Counted from the first letter of the stretch, positions 19,177 to 29,121 are shown. The stretch is DNA of 41,280 bases from Fimbriimonadales bacterium (GCA_046294565.1 JBKBKS010000003.1:1-41280), one strand, 5' to 3'. Translations and numbers: made by a program. Notes: generated by a model from the letters alone, not told the origin.

Positions 19177-20898
19177 ATGCGAGCATCGCACTATTTCATG
19201 CCGACTTTGCGCGAGGCGCCCGCTGAGGCGGAGCTGCCAAGCCATCGATTACTGCTCAGAGGAGGGTTCATTCGCAAGGTTGCAGCAGGCGTGTATACCT
19301 ATCTGCCGCTGGGCTGGCGCGTGATTCGCAAAATCGAGCAGATTGTGCGCGAGGAGAGCGACCGTATCGGCGGGATAGAACTGTTTATGCCCGCGCTGGT
19401 TCCCGAGGAGTTGCTGGACGAGACGGGGCGCAGCGGGCTGGACATCCTGTTCAAGCTCAACGACCGCCACCAACGCCCGTTCGCGCTGGGCTTCACGCAC
19501 GAGGAGGTGATTACCGACATCGTGCGCCATGCGGTCAGCTCCTATCGGCAGATGCCGTTGCTGCTCTATCAGATCCAGACCAAGTTCCGCGACGAGCCGC
19601 GCCCGCGCGGCGGCGTGATACGCGCCCGCGAGTTCATCATGTACGACGGCTACAGCTTCGACGCCGACGAGAACGCGCTGGAGACAATGTATCAGAAGCT
19701 GCGCAACGCCTACATCCGCATGTTCGAGCGGATGGGTTTGCCGACGCTGATAGTGGACGCGGAGGCAGGCGCGATAGGCGGCGGCAGCAACGAGGAGTTT
19801 ATGATTATCGCCGAGAGCGGCGAAGACAAAGTTTTACAGTGCGACAAGAGCGGCTACGCCGCGAACGCGGAACGCTGCGAGCTCCCTGACCCCAAACTCA
19901 CGCCGCCGCCCCTCGACAACATACCCCCGATACAGAAGGTGGATACGCCCCACGCCCGCACGGTGGAGGAGGTGTGCGCGTTTTTGAACACGACGCCCGA
20001 CCGCCTCGTGAAAACCATGCTGATGCGCGTGGACGGCAAGCCTGTGGCGGCGCTGGTGCGCGGCGACCGCGAGCTGAACCCCTACAAGCTGATGCACGCG
20101 CTGAACGGCGAGCGCGTGGAGATGCTCGACGCAGAGACCATCCAGCAGCTCACCCACGCGCCCGTCGGCTTCGCGGGTCCCGTCGGCTTGCCAGATGAAC
20201 TCCCCCTCTATGCCGACTACGAGCTGAGGGGTCTCCAAGATTTTATCACAGGCGCGAATGCGCCCGACGCTCACTTGGTGCATGTGTGTTGGGGGCGCGA
20301 CTTTCGCGAACCGATTTGGGCAGACCTGCGCGTGGCGCAGGCGGGCGACCCGTCGCCGCGCCATCCCGACGGCGTGCTGCGCGAGGTGCGCGGCATCGAA
20401 GTGGGGCACATCTTCCAGCTCGGCGTGAAATACAGCCAAGCGATGGGCGCGCTGTTTACCGACGCAGCGGGCAACCAGAAGCCGATTATCATGGGGTGCT
20501 ACGGACTGGGCGTGAGCCGCTGCCTCGCCGCGATTGTGGAAGCCCACCACGACGAGGACGGCATCCGATTTCCCATCACGGTCGCGCCGTTCGAGGTTGT
20601 GCTGATTCTGGTGAATCCTGAGGACGCCGAGCAGCGCGTCGCCGCCGAACGCCTCTACGAACAGCTCAACGCGCTGGGAGTCGAGACACTCTATGACGAC
20701 CGCGACGAGCGCAGCGGCGTCAAGTTCAAAGACGCCGATCTGATTGGCGTCCCCTTGCAAGTAGTAGTCGGGCGCGCCGTGAAAGAGGGTCAGGTGGAGC
20801 TGCGCCTGCGCACGGACAAACACGCCGAGCGACTGCCGATAGAAGCCGCCGCGCCAACTATCGCGGAGCGCGTGCAGGCAATGAAGGCGAGCTTTTAG
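19177..20898 (+). CDS. proS: Proline--tRNA ligase (bacterial type with INS editing domain)
   Basis: PTLREAPAEAELPSHRLLLRGG, FTHEE, YQIQTKFRDEPRPR, GIEVGHIFQLG, MGCYGLG, GVKFKDADLIG. Start at ATG 19177. Confidence 0.98.
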   Translation: MRASHYFMPTLREAPAEAELPSHRLLLRGGFIRKVAAGVYTYLPLGWRVIRKIEQIVREESDRIGGIELFMPALVPEELLDETGRSGLDILFKLNDRHQRPFALGFTHEEVITDIVRHAVSSYRQMPLLLYQIQTKFRDEPRPRGGVIRAREFIMYDGYSFDADENALETMYQKLRNAYIRMFERMGLPTLIVDAEAGAIGGGSNEEFMIIAESGEDKVLQCDKSGYAANAERCELPDPKLTPPPLDNIPPIQKVDTPHARTVEEVCAFLNTTPDRLVKTMLMRVDGKPVAALVRGDRELNPYKLMHALNGERVEMLDAETIQQLTHAPVGFAGPVGLPDELPLYADYELRGLQDFITGANAPDAHLVHVCWGRDFREPIWADLRVAQAGDPSPRHPDGVLREVRGIEVGHIFQLGVKYSQAMGALFTDAAGNQKPIIMGCYGLGVSRCLAAIVEAHHDEDGIRFPITVAPFEVVLILVNPEDAEQRVAAERLYEQLNALGVETLYDDRDERSGVKFKDADLIGVPLQVVVGRAVKEGQVELRLRTDKHAERLPIEAAAPTIAERVQAMKASF

Positions 20899-20899
20899 T

Positions 20900-20928
20900 C
20901 GCCCCCCCCACGGCGCGTGGAGGGGGCT
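20900..20928. terminator. GC hairpin between convergent proS and nrdA
   Basis: gccccccc(c)cac-ggcgc-gtggagggggc imperfect inverted repeat. Confidence 0.55.
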
Positions 20929-20946
20929 TGCGGGGATGGAGAGGTG

Positions 20947-22614
20947 CTAAGCCTCGCACACCGCGCAACTCAGCAGCAGCTCGCGGTTGAACTCCTGCGC
21001 AGCGTTCACGCTATACTGATAGTAAAGCGATTTCACGCCCAGCTCCGCCGCGCGCATCATCAGTAGGTTGATGTCGCGCACAGGCGTCTCGGGGTGTATC
21101 ATCAGGTTCAGCGACTGCCCCTGATCGATGAACTGCTGACGCTGCGCCGCTTGCTGCACCAGCGTCATCTGCGAGATTTCGCTGAAGGTCTTGAACACGG
21201 CGCGCTCCTCCTCGCTCAGGAAGTCCAAGTGTTGCACTGAGCCGTCGTGCGCCGCGATGCTCTGCCACACCTCGTCGGTGTCCTTGCCACGCGCACGCAA
21301 CGCCTGCTGCAGATAGGGGTTCTTGAAGGTGGTCTTGACTTTCGCGAGGTCTTTCACATGATAGTTGCTCATAAACGGCTCGATAGAGGGCGAGACCTGC
21401 CCCAGAATGAACGAGGACGACTTGGTGGGCGCGATTGCCAGGAGCGTGGTGTTGCGCCTGCCGTAGCCCTTGAGATACTCTGGCTCGCCGAAGCGACGCG
21501 CCAGCTCCATCGAGGCGTTGTAGGCGCGGTCGCGAATGCGCCGAAAGACCTCCGTGTTGAGACGGTAGGCGTCCATACTCTCTATCGGGATGCGCTTCGA
21601 CTGCAGCAGCGAATGCCAGCCCAGCACGCCCAGCCCCAACGCGCGATGACGCGCGGCGAAGTTGTACGCCCGATGCATAAACGGAATATCCTGCACCCGA
21701 CGAATGAAGTCCTCCATCACAGCGTCTAAGAAGAACACCATCGTCTCAACCGCGTCGGTGTCTTTCCACTCGTCGTAGTGGAGCAGGTTCAGCGACGAGA
21801 GACAGCAGACGAAGCTCTCGTCCGCGCTTGCTGGGAGCATAATCTCGGTACATAGGTTGGAGGCATAGATGGTCTTGTGCAGGTCTTGGTAGACCTCCAC
21901 TGTGTGGGCGTTGGCGTTATCTTTGAAGAAGAGGTAGGGGATGCCGACTTCGGAGCGGGCTTGGAGCACCTTGGCCCAGAGTCGGCGTTTCTCGGCGTCG
22001 CCGCTCTTCATAGCTTCCAGCCAGTCGTTGCCCACACACACGCCCCAGTAGAGCAGTTGGATATCGCACCCCTCACGCTGGATCCAGAGCCACTCTTCGA
22101 TGTCGGGATGCTCGATATCGATGTAGGCGGCGCACTGTCCACGCCGCGTGCTGCCCTGACTGAAGACTTCGATCATGCGGTCGAAGAGTTTGGCGAAAGA
22201 GAAGCTGCCGTTGCTGGTTCCGTTGTCGCGTATCGGTGCGCCTCGCGGACGCAACTTGCCGAAATACGCCGATGTACCGCCCCCCAACTTGGTCATCATG
22301 CCCACTTCCGACGCCGTGAAGAGGATAGAAGCGGAATCATCGTCGATATAACTGCCGTAGCACGAGATGGGCAGCCCGCGACGGAGTCCGAAATTCGTCC
22401 ATACAGGCGTCGCGAGCGAGTACCAGCCGCGCGCCATATAGTGGAAAAACTTGTCGGCGAAGCCTTCAATCCCCAGTAGACTCTCCGCGTATTCGGCGAT
22501 TTGGCGAATGCGCTGCTCAGGGGTGACGCTCGGCAACAAGTAGTCGCGCGATAGGAAACGACGGCTCTCGTCGTTGAGCCAGTAGAACAAAGGTCTCTCC
22601 GTAGATGAGTGCAT
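20947..22614 (-). CDS. nrdA: Class I ribonucleotide reductase alpha subunit, short form with no ATP cone
   Basis: PISCYG, SNLCTE, FVCCLSS, AIAPTKSSS, IDQGQSLN, KSLYYQ and C-terminal CAVC. SD GGAGG precedes ATG 22614. Confidence 0.95.
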   Translation of the reverse strand: MHSSTERPLFYWLNDESRRFLSRDYLLPSVTPEQRIRQIAEYAESLLGIEGFADKFFHYMARGWYSLATPVWTNFGLRRGLPISCYGSYIDDDSASILFTASEVGMMTKLGGGTSAYFGKLRPRGAPIRDNGTSNGSFSFAKLFDRMIEVFSQGSTRRGQCAAYIDIEHPDIEEWLWIQREGCDIQLLYWGVCVGNDWLEAMKSGDAEKRRLWAKVLQARSEVGIPYLFFKDNANAHTVEVYQDLHKTIYASNLCTEIMLPASADESFVCCLSSLNLLHYDEWKDTDAVETMVFFLDAVMEDFIRRVQDIPFMHRAYNFAARHRALGLGVLGWHSLLQSKRIPIESMDAYRLNTEVFRRIRDRAYNASMELARRFGEPEYLKGYGRRNTTLLAIAPTKSSSFILGQVSPSIEPFMSNYHVKDLAKVKTTFKNPYLQQALRARGKDTDEVWQSIAAHDGSVQHLDFLSEEERAVFKTFSEISQMTLVQQAAQRQQFIDQGQSLNLMIHPETPVRDINLLMMRAAELGVKSLYYQYSVNAAQEFNRELLLSCAVCEA

Positions 22615-22634
22615 GCTGAACCCTCCTGCAAATC

Positions 22635-22692
22635 GTGGCTTGTGGACATTCCTGTCCAAGCATAGGGGCACGGACGGGAGTGTCCGGGCTAC
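22635..22692. repeat. GTRG-type REP doublet between nrdB and nrdA
   Basis: gtggcttgtggacattcctgtccaagc (22635-22661) and the inverted copy gtagcccggacactcccgtccgtgc (minus strand, 22692-22668). Confidence 0.65.
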
Positions 22693-23667
22693 TTAGAAGA
22701 GCTCCTCTTCGCTGAAGCTCTTCATCTTCTTAGAGTAGGTAATGCTCCGCTTATTGAAGAAATCGTTCTCTTTCGTAGCGAGCAGTTCTTCATCGAACCA
22801 GCGTGTAGCGGCGAGGGCTTGTTCGTCCACGCTGAAGAGCGGTCGGACACCCACACTGCGCAGCGAGTTGTTGAAGCGGTGCTTCAGAAACTCGTCCACT
22901 TGGTAGCGCGGCAGATAGTCCAGTTCCCCGCGCTCGAAGATCCAGTCCAAGATATGTTGCTCGGCGGCGTAGGCGCGCTCCACCGCGCGCAGGATGGCGT
23001 CTTCCGTGGCGGCGTCGAACCAGTCGGGATACTCATATTGCAAGATACGCACGAGTTCCACGCCGAACATGCCGTGGATCTGTTCCTCCTTGCTGGTGGC
23101 TTCCACGATGTTGGAGACGCCCTTGAACGCCGCGCGGTGCTTGTTGAACGCCATGATAATCAGGAACTGCGAGAAGAGCGAGATATGCTCCACAAATGCG
23201 GAGAAGAGCAGCACGGTGAGCGCGAACTGTCGGTTGTCGCTGCTGCGCATCCCTTCCTGCGCCTGCTGCAGGTATTGAATGCGATCCATGATTGCGGGGA
23301 CGCTATGAATCTTCTCGAACTCGCCGCTCAGCCCCAGCAGGTCGAGCAGGTGCGAGTAGGCGTTGGCGTGGCGCACCTCGCTCTCGGCGAAGGTCATCCC
23401 CACTTCCGCAATCTCGGGTTTGGGCATGCGGTCGTAGATACGCGCCCAGAAGGTCTTGACGGAGACCTCGATCTGCGAGATGGCGAGCATCGTGTTTTTG
23501 AGCGCGTTGCGTTCGTGCGGCTCGGTGCGCGCGTGCCAATCTTGCACATCGCCTGAAAGAGAGAACTCGGTATGGAGCCAGTACGAGTGGCGGATGGCGT
23601 CACGGAACTTCAGCAGGTCTGGGTACTCATACGGCTTCAGATTCACCCGTTTCTCGAATAGCGCCAT
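22693..23667 (-). CDS. nrdB: Class I ribonucleotide reductase beta subunit (class Id/NrdBi-like)
   Basis: KPYEYP, SQIEVSVKTFW, ESEVRHANAY, FVEHISLFSQF, KEEQIH, DFFNKRSITY. Start at ATG 23667. Confidence 0.95.
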   Translation of the reverse strand: MALFEKRVNLKPYEYPDLLKFRDAIRHSYWLHTEFSLSGDVQDWHARTEPHERNALKNTMLAISQIEVSVKTFWARIYDRMPKPEIAEVGMTFAESEVRHANAYSHLLDLLGLSGEFEKIHSVPAIMDRIQYLQQAQEGMRSSDNRQFALTVLLFSAFVEHISLFSQFLIIMAFNKHRAAFKGVSNIVEATSKEEQIHGMFGVELVRILQYEYPDWFDAATEDAILRAVERAYAAEQHILDWIFERGELDYLPRYQVDEFLKHRFNNSLRSVGVRPLFSVDEQALAATRWFDEELLATKENDFFNKRSITYSKKMKSFSEEELF

Positions 23668-23730
23668 CGTGCATAACCCTCCATCTGTTGTAGTTTCTTG
23701 CGTAAAATCGCGTAATTTCTCGCCAACAGC

Positions 23731-23746
23731 CACAACCTATAGCGGT
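23731..23746 (-). promoter_or_regulatory. Putative NrdR box
   Basis: Minus strand accgctataggttgtg resembles the NrdR consensus acaCwAtATaTwGtg. It lies between the nrdB promoter and start. Confidence 0.55.
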
Positions 23747-23770
23747 ACACTCGGTTGTAGTTGCGCGGGC

Positions 23771-23801
23771 AGTATACCCTATCGCTTGACGCCTTTGTCA
23801 A
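23771..23801 (-). promoter_or_regulatory. Sigma-70-like promoter of nrdBA
   Basis: TTGACA-N19-TATACT on the minus strand. Confidence 0.5.
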
Positions 23802-23864
23802 GGGTTTCAGGGGGAGAATTGTTAAATTTGCCCCTAAATCTGGGGACTTTTGCGACGATTGAGG

Positions 23865-24077
23865 TCAATCGGTACTATAGATGGGGGCTGCCGCGCGCCA
23901 GCCGTTGGTAATCACCAGGAGCGTGACGCCCATATCCGCCAGAATAGCCATCCAGAGGGTCGCTTGCCCCATCAGCGCGAGCGCGATGAACCCTGCACGC
24001 ACGCCCAACCCTATCTGCCAGCCTGCGCGGCGCGACACGCCACACGAACCCTCACACCCACACGCCTGCGCCATCAC
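23865..24077 (-). pseudogene. C-terminal remnant of a heavy-metal P1B-ATPase (CadA/ZntA-like)
   Basis: IGLGVRAGFIALALMGQATLWMAILADMGVTLLVITNGWR resembles the last two TM helices of P1B-ATPases. The rest of the gene is absent. Confidence 0.75.
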
Positions 24078-24116
24078 AAGGGGGATTATACCATCCCCCC
24101 TGCGAGACGCCTGCGC

Positions 24117-26114
24117 TTAACTAAACAACGGCGCGAACACCAGCGCGACGATGCTCATCAACTTAATAAGGATGTTCATGCTGGGTCCGGTGGTGTCTTT
24201 GAACGGGTCGCCGACAGTGTCGCCCACGACGGCGGCTTTGTGGACATCGCTACCCTTGCCGCCCTCGTGCCCTTCCTCGATATACTTTTTGGCGTTGTCC
24301 CATGCGCCGCCGGCGTTCGCCATCATCAAGCCTGTGACGACGCCCATGCCGAGCGCGCCTGCCAAGAACCCGCCCAGCGCCTCCGCGCCGAGCGCGAAGC
24401 CCACCACCAACGGCGCAATCACGGCAATCGCGCCAGGCAGAATCATCTCGCGCAGCGACGCGCTGGTGACGATATCGATACAGCGGTTGTAGTCGGGCTT
24501 GCCTTTCCCTTCCAGCAATCCCAGCTCGCGGAACTGACGGCGCACCTCCTCCACCATCTGGTCGGAGGCGCGGCTCACGGCTTTGAGCGTCAGCGCGGCG
24601 AACAGGCTCGGCATCGCAATCCCGACCAGCATCCCAATTAGCGTCTGTGGGTGCACCAGGTTGATGGCTTGAAGTCCAGTCTGGCTCTGGTAGGCGGCGA
24701 AAAGCGCGAGTGCCGTGAGCGCGGCGCTGCCAATCGCGAAGCCCTTGCCAATCGCCGCGGTCGTGTTGCCCAGTGAGTCGAGTTTATCGGTGATTTTGCG
24801 CACGCTCTCGCCGAAGCCCGCCACCTCCGCGATGCCGCCCGCGTTGTCGGCGATCGGTCCGTAGCTGTCGGTGCTCATCACAATCCCAATCGTCGCGAGC
24901 ATTCCCACGCCCGCCAGCGCGATGCCGTACAAGCCGTTCGTGGCGAAGGCGACCCAAATCGCCGCCGCGATGCCCAGCAGGGGCAGCACCGTGCTAAGAT
25001 AGCCAATTCCAACGCCTGACAGGATGTTCGGCGCGACGCCGAAGCGCGACGATTTCGCAATCTCGCGTATCGGGGGACCGCTGGTGTAATACTGGCTCAC
25101 GGCGCCGATGAACACGCCCGCGAACAAGCCCGCCAGCACCGCCCAATACGGCGCGAGGTCGCCCACCAGCGCGTGAGTGATGAACGCCGCGCCCGCCAGA
25201 AACAGCAAGATGGCAACCACTGTAGAGCCGTTCAGGGCAAGCTGCGGATCGACGCCCCGAAATACCCGTATCGAGAACACGCCCAGCACCGACGCAATCA
25301 GCCCGAACGCAATCAGCGCCAGCGGCAGGATGATATAAGGCAGTGGATTCTGTGAGTAGAAAGTCACGGCAATCACGGCGGCGGCGATTACGGAGCCGAC
25401 ATAGCTCTCGAACAGGTCCGCGCCCATGCCAGCCGTGTCGCCCACATTATCGCCCACATTATCGGCAAGCACGGCGGGATTGCGTGGGTCGTCTTCGGGG
25501 ATGCCTGCCTCCACCTTACCCACGAGGTCTGCCCCGACATCGGCGGCTTTGGTGTAAATCCCGCCGCCCACGCGGGCAAACAGCGCGACCGACGATGCGC
25601 CCATCGAGTAGCCTGTGAGGTACTGCGCCAGAGTCGTCAGGTTAGCTTGCCCCAGCAACACGATTAGCCCCACGCCCAGCAAGCCGAGCGCGGCGACCGC
25701 CAGCCCCATCACCGAGCCGCCCGTGAACGCCACCACCAACGCCTCGCCCATACCTCCCACGCGCGCCGCCTCCGTCGAACGCACGCCGCTGCGCGTGGAC
25801 GCCTTCATCCCGATAAAACCTGCCAGCATCGAGCTGAACGCGCCGAACAGATATGCGCCGCCAATCCACGGCGCCGTCTGATAGAACGCAAAAGTCAGCG
25901 CCGCGAACAGCACAATCGCAAACAGTGTGATTGCTATATATTCCCGCTTAAGGAAGGTCATCGCGCCGTCGTGGATGGCTTGCGCATAGGTGCGCATCGT
26001 CTCGTTGCCGTCGGGACGGCGCGTGACCATCCAGTAGTTCAATCCTGCTAATAAAATGCCCGCCCCACCCAGTATAGGCGCAGCGATAGGAACTATCTGC
26101 TGTAAACCCTCCAT
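24117..26114 (-). CDS. hppA: Membrane-bound ion-translocating pyrophosphatase, K+-dependent type
   Basis: [58 protein letters not shown] (Ala indicates K+ dependence), [11 protein letters not shown]. Confidence 0.97.
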   Translation of the reverse strand: MEGLQQIVPIAAPILGGAGILLAGLNYWMVTRRPDGNETMRTYAQAIHDGAMTFLKREYIAITLFAIVLFAALTFAFYQTAPWIGGAYLFGAFSSMLAGFIGMKASTRSGVRSTEAARVGGMGEALVVAFTGGSVMGLAVAALGLLGVGLIVLLGQANLTTLAQYLTGYSMGASSVALFARVGGGIYTKAADVGADLVGKVEAGIPEDDPRNPAVLADNVGDNVGDTAGMGADLFESYVGSVIAAAVIAVTFYSQNPLPYIILPLALIAFGLIASVLGVFSIRVFRGVDPQLALNGSTVVAILLFLAGAAFITHALVGDLAPYWAVLAGLFAGVFIGAVSQYYTSGPPIREIAKSSRFGVAPNILSGVGIGYLSTVLPLLGIAAAIWVAFATNGLYGIALAGVGMLATIGIVMSTDSYGPIADNAGGIAEVAGFGESVRKITDKLDSLGNTTAAIGKGFAIGSAALTALALFAAYQSQTGLQAINLVHPQTLIGMLVGIAMPSLFAALTLKAVSRASDQMVEEVRRQFRELGLLEGKGKPDYNRCIDIVTSASLREMILPGAIAVIAPLVVGFALGAEALGGFLAGALGMGVVTGLMMANAGGAWDNAKKYIEEGHEGGKGSDVHKAAVVGDTVGDPFKDTTGPSMNILIKLMSIVALVFAPLFS

Positions 26115-26334
26115 AGTTGCCTCCTCCTTCGTTGGCTACACCTCCAACGCGCCGAGAGTATACCCGCTCGCGACCCCAAAGGTTGCCTACCGACTGAATC
26201 CGTTGAATAGGAAAGCGCCCGAAAAAATCCCTCCGAGCCGCAGGCAAGGAGTCTCAGTTTGTAGACCGATGATTACACGCAGGGTGACGCGGACATGTGG
26301 ACACTCGTTACGATGGAAACTCTCAACGGGGGCG

Positions 26335-26410
<76 letters not shown>

Positions 26411-26414
26411 TCGC

Positions 26415-26492
26415 TGGGGGGACCGATGGGACTCGAACCCACGACCTCCTGAGCCACAGTCAGGCGCTCTAACCGACTGAGCTACGATCCCC
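26415..26492 (-). tRNA. tRNA-His(GTG)
   Basis: G-1 GGGATCG...CCTGACT-GTG-GCTCAGG...GGTTCGAGTCC...CGGTCCC-C-CCA, with the G-1:C73 His identity pair. Confidence 0.97.
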
Positions 26493-26556
26493 GCAGGCAG
26501 CCGAATTATACCATGCGCATCGGTTGGAATGCAAGCGTTCAGGTATAATCCGTGCT

Positions 26557-27327
26557 GTGCTGTTGGGCATCGATGTGGGCAACACGCACACAGTGTTGGG
26601 CGTGTACGAGCAGGGGCGCTGGTATGCGTGGCGCGTGCACACGAACGCGGCGCGCACGGAAGACGAGCATTACATCCTTCTGCGCACGCTGCTGAGCGCG
26701 GCAGACCTGCCCGAATCAATCACGGGCGTCTCGATCTGCTCGGTTGTGCCTGCGCTGGACGAGCCGTTGCGCCAGATGGCGCATCGGTGGCTGCACTGTG
26801 AGCCGCTCTTTGTCTCACACGCGCTGGAGTTGGGTTTCCGAATCGATTACGAGCCGCCTACAGCAGTCGGCGCAGACCGCTTGGCGAACGCGGTGGCGGG
26901 CGTGGCGCTATGCGGTCGCCCTGTAATCGTGGTCGATTTCGGAACGGCGACCACGCTGGACGCCGTCTCGCGCGAAGCGGTCTATGTGGGCGGCGCGATT
27001 TTGCCAGGCATCGAATTGATGCTCGAATCGCTGGCGGGGCGCACGGCGCGCCTGCCGCGCATTGCTATCGACGACGCTTGTGAGCCGATTGGCAAAACCA
27101 CACCCGATAGCCTGCGCAGCGGCGTGATTTTGGGCTCCGTCGGCGCGATCGAGTATTTAGTGGGTCTATTTAGGCGCAAGTTGGGCGACGACGCGCAAGT
27201 AGTTGCCACGGGCGGCTTGGCGCAGCGTTTCGCCCCCCACTGCCCCAGCATCCAGCGCGTCGAGCCAATGCTCACTTTGGAGGGACTGCGAATCCTCTGG
27301 GAACGCTGGTCAGGAGAGGTTCTATGA
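26557..27327 (+). CDS. coaX: Type III pantothenate kinase
   Basis: LLGIDVGNTHTVLG, SVVP, VGADR, VVDFGTATTLD, GGAILPG, VATGG, LTLEGL. GTG start at 26557. Confidence 0.96.
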   Translation: MLLGIDVGNTHTVLGVYEQGRWYAWRVHTNAARTEDEHYILLRTLLSAADLPESITGVSICSVVPALDEPLRQMAHRWLHCEPLFVSHALELGFRIDYEPPTAVGADRLANAVAGVALCGRPVIVVDFGTATTLDAVSREAVYVGGAILPGIELMLESLAGRTARLPRIAIDDACEPIGKTTPDSLRSGVILGSVGAIEYLVGLFRRKLGDDAQVVATGGLAQRFAPHCPSIQRVEPMLTLEGLRILWERWSGEVL

Positions 27328-27941
27328 ATCCAGAGATGCAACAAGCCTGGAGCGCCATTCGCGAGCGCGTCAAACAGCAGGTGACAGGGCGCACGCTCTA
27401 CCGCGCGTTGGACGCCCTGCAACTGGTGACCATCGAGGGCGAAATCGTCGTGCTGGGGCTGCCCCACGAGGAGTACCAACTCGCGGGGCACCTGAACGCG
27501 CCCACTGTGCGCAAATGGCTGGAGCAGTTTATCGAGGAAGCCTACGCCATCCGCCCCCAACTGGTGATTATCGAGGGCGCTACGCTTCAAGATTGGCACA
27601 TCCATCAGCGCAAGCAGGAGGAGCTGCGCCGACTGAGCGAGCAAGGCACACGCAAACGCGAAGCCGAAACGCGTACCTACACCAACTGGGAAGCGGTGTA
27701 CGAGCAGGTCGGACGCCGATTCGCCGAGACGCCCGGACGCAGCCTCGCCGCCAACCGCGCCCGCTACCTCAACGAGATGATCGAATTCGTGCGCGACGCG
27801 CTCCAACGAATCCCTGTCGAGACCGAAGCCGACGAACGGCAGCTCAACCGCGTAATTGAGCGCATCGCCAACAACGCCGACGCCCCCTCCGCCGTCGTGG
27901 CGTGGCTTATCCTACACGCGCCTACATCCCGCCAACCATGA
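27324..27941 (+). CDS. Hypothetical protein with a DnaA domain I / DciA-like N-terminus
   Basis: QQAWSAIRERVKQQV...LQLVTIEGEIVVLGLP...RKWLEQ pattern. ATGA overlaps on both sides. Confidence 0.7.
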   Translation: MNPEMQQAWSAIRERVKQQVTGRTLYRALDALQLVTIEGEIVVLGLPHEEYQLAGHLNAPTVRKWLEQFIEEAYAIRPQLVIIEGATLQDWHIHQRKQEELRRLSEQGTRKREAETRTYTNWEAVYEQVGRRFAETPGRSLAANRARYLNEMIEFVRDALQRIPVETEADERQLNRVIERIANNADAPSAVVAWLILHAPTSRQP

Positions 27942-29086
27942 ACCGAATCAAACGCCGTGAACGCTTGCTGGTGGGCGTGCTGGTCGTCGTGATTATGGTC
28001 GCTGCGCTGGCGTTCATCCGCTCGCAGCCATGGGGACGGCTCGACCTGCGCCCCATCAAACCCAACACCACCGACTGGATTGTGTGCGTGCGCCTGAACG
28101 AAGACGCGCACGGCGACCTGATGGTTCTCAAACCCGACGGCACTACCCTGATGCTCACCGAAGACGACTATGACGACCGCAGCCCCGACTGGTCGCCCGA
28201 CGGCAAAAAGATTGCCTTCTCGTCCAATCGGCGCGATTTCGTGTATCAGATATGGACGATAGACCCTGACGGCAAGGGACTGAGCCAACTCACGCTGGGC
28301 GGCGGGGCGAAACTCGCGCCGTTTTACGACCGCGACGGCAAAGAAATCTTACATATCGCGCAGGGGCTGGTGACCGAGATCGACAACAAGGGCGTAAACG
28401 CGCTGCAGCTCATCCCCTCCGCCTCGCAGATGATTCAAGTGCGCGAACAGTACGGGCAGGTGGCGTTCCGCTACGCCAAGCGCCCCAACCCGAACCTCAT
28501 CGCCGCCGTGCAACGCTTGGATGAAGGCGAGCAGGTGGTGCTTCAAGACCTTACCGTCGCGCAGCAGCAATTCACCCTGCCTGTTGTGATTGGCGGCGAG
28601 CAGGTAGACTTGGACTGGTCTCCCACAAGCCAGAGTTTAGTGGTGAGTGGCGCAGGATTGGTCGTGCCCTCGCCCCCGGGTGAGCGCGCCGTGGGCGGGG
28701 TCATCCGTTTCGATTTCGGCGCAACCACGCGCGAGGTGCAACCGATGCCCCTGTGGCTCTCGCCTGACAACGCCGAAGCCGCCATCGAGGTCGCATGGTC
28801 GCCCGACGGCAGCCGCGTCGCGTTCGTGCTATGCCAACGGCTCAAGGACGGCGCACTCAAGCGTGTCGGCTTGGCGACTGTGCCCGACAAGGGCGGCGCG
28901 CCCACGCTGATTGTGGAAGGCGAAGTGTATCATCCCCACTGGTCGCCCGACGGACAACAACTCGCGTTTGCGATGGGGACGCCTGGCAACCGTCAAATCT
29001 ACACCGTGCGACTCGACGGCACAGACCTCCAGCAACGCACACAGTCGGGCGACTATATCACCCCGCGCTGGTCGCCCGCGCGATGA
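27938..29086 (+). CDS. TolB-like PD40 beta-propeller membrane-anchored protein
   Basis: N-terminal TM; PDWSPDGKKIAFSS, WSPDGSRVAF, PHWSPDGQQLAF, PRWSP. Confidence 0.9.
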   Translation: MNRIKRRERLLVGVLVVVIMVAALAFIRSQPWGRLDLRPIKPNTTDWIVCVRLNEDAHGDLMVLKPDGTTLMLTEDDYDDRSPDWSPDGKKIAFSSNRRDFVYQIWTIDPDGKGLSQLTLGGGAKLAPFYDRDGKEILHIAQGLVTEIDNKGVNALQLIPSASQMIQVREQYGQVAFRYAKRPNPNLIAAVQRLDEGEQVVLQDLTVAQQQFTLPVVIGGEQVDLDWSPTSQSLVVSGAGLVVPSPPGERAVGGVIRFDFGATTREVQPMPLWLSPDNAEAAIEVAWSPDGSRVAFVLCQRLKDGALKRVGLATVPDKGGAPTLIVEGEVYHPHWSPDGQQLAFAMGTPGNRQIYTVRLDGTDLQQRTQSGDYITPRWSPAR

Positions 29087-29121
29087 ATTTTCGGATATAA
29101 TACTTAACAGGAGGAACGACT

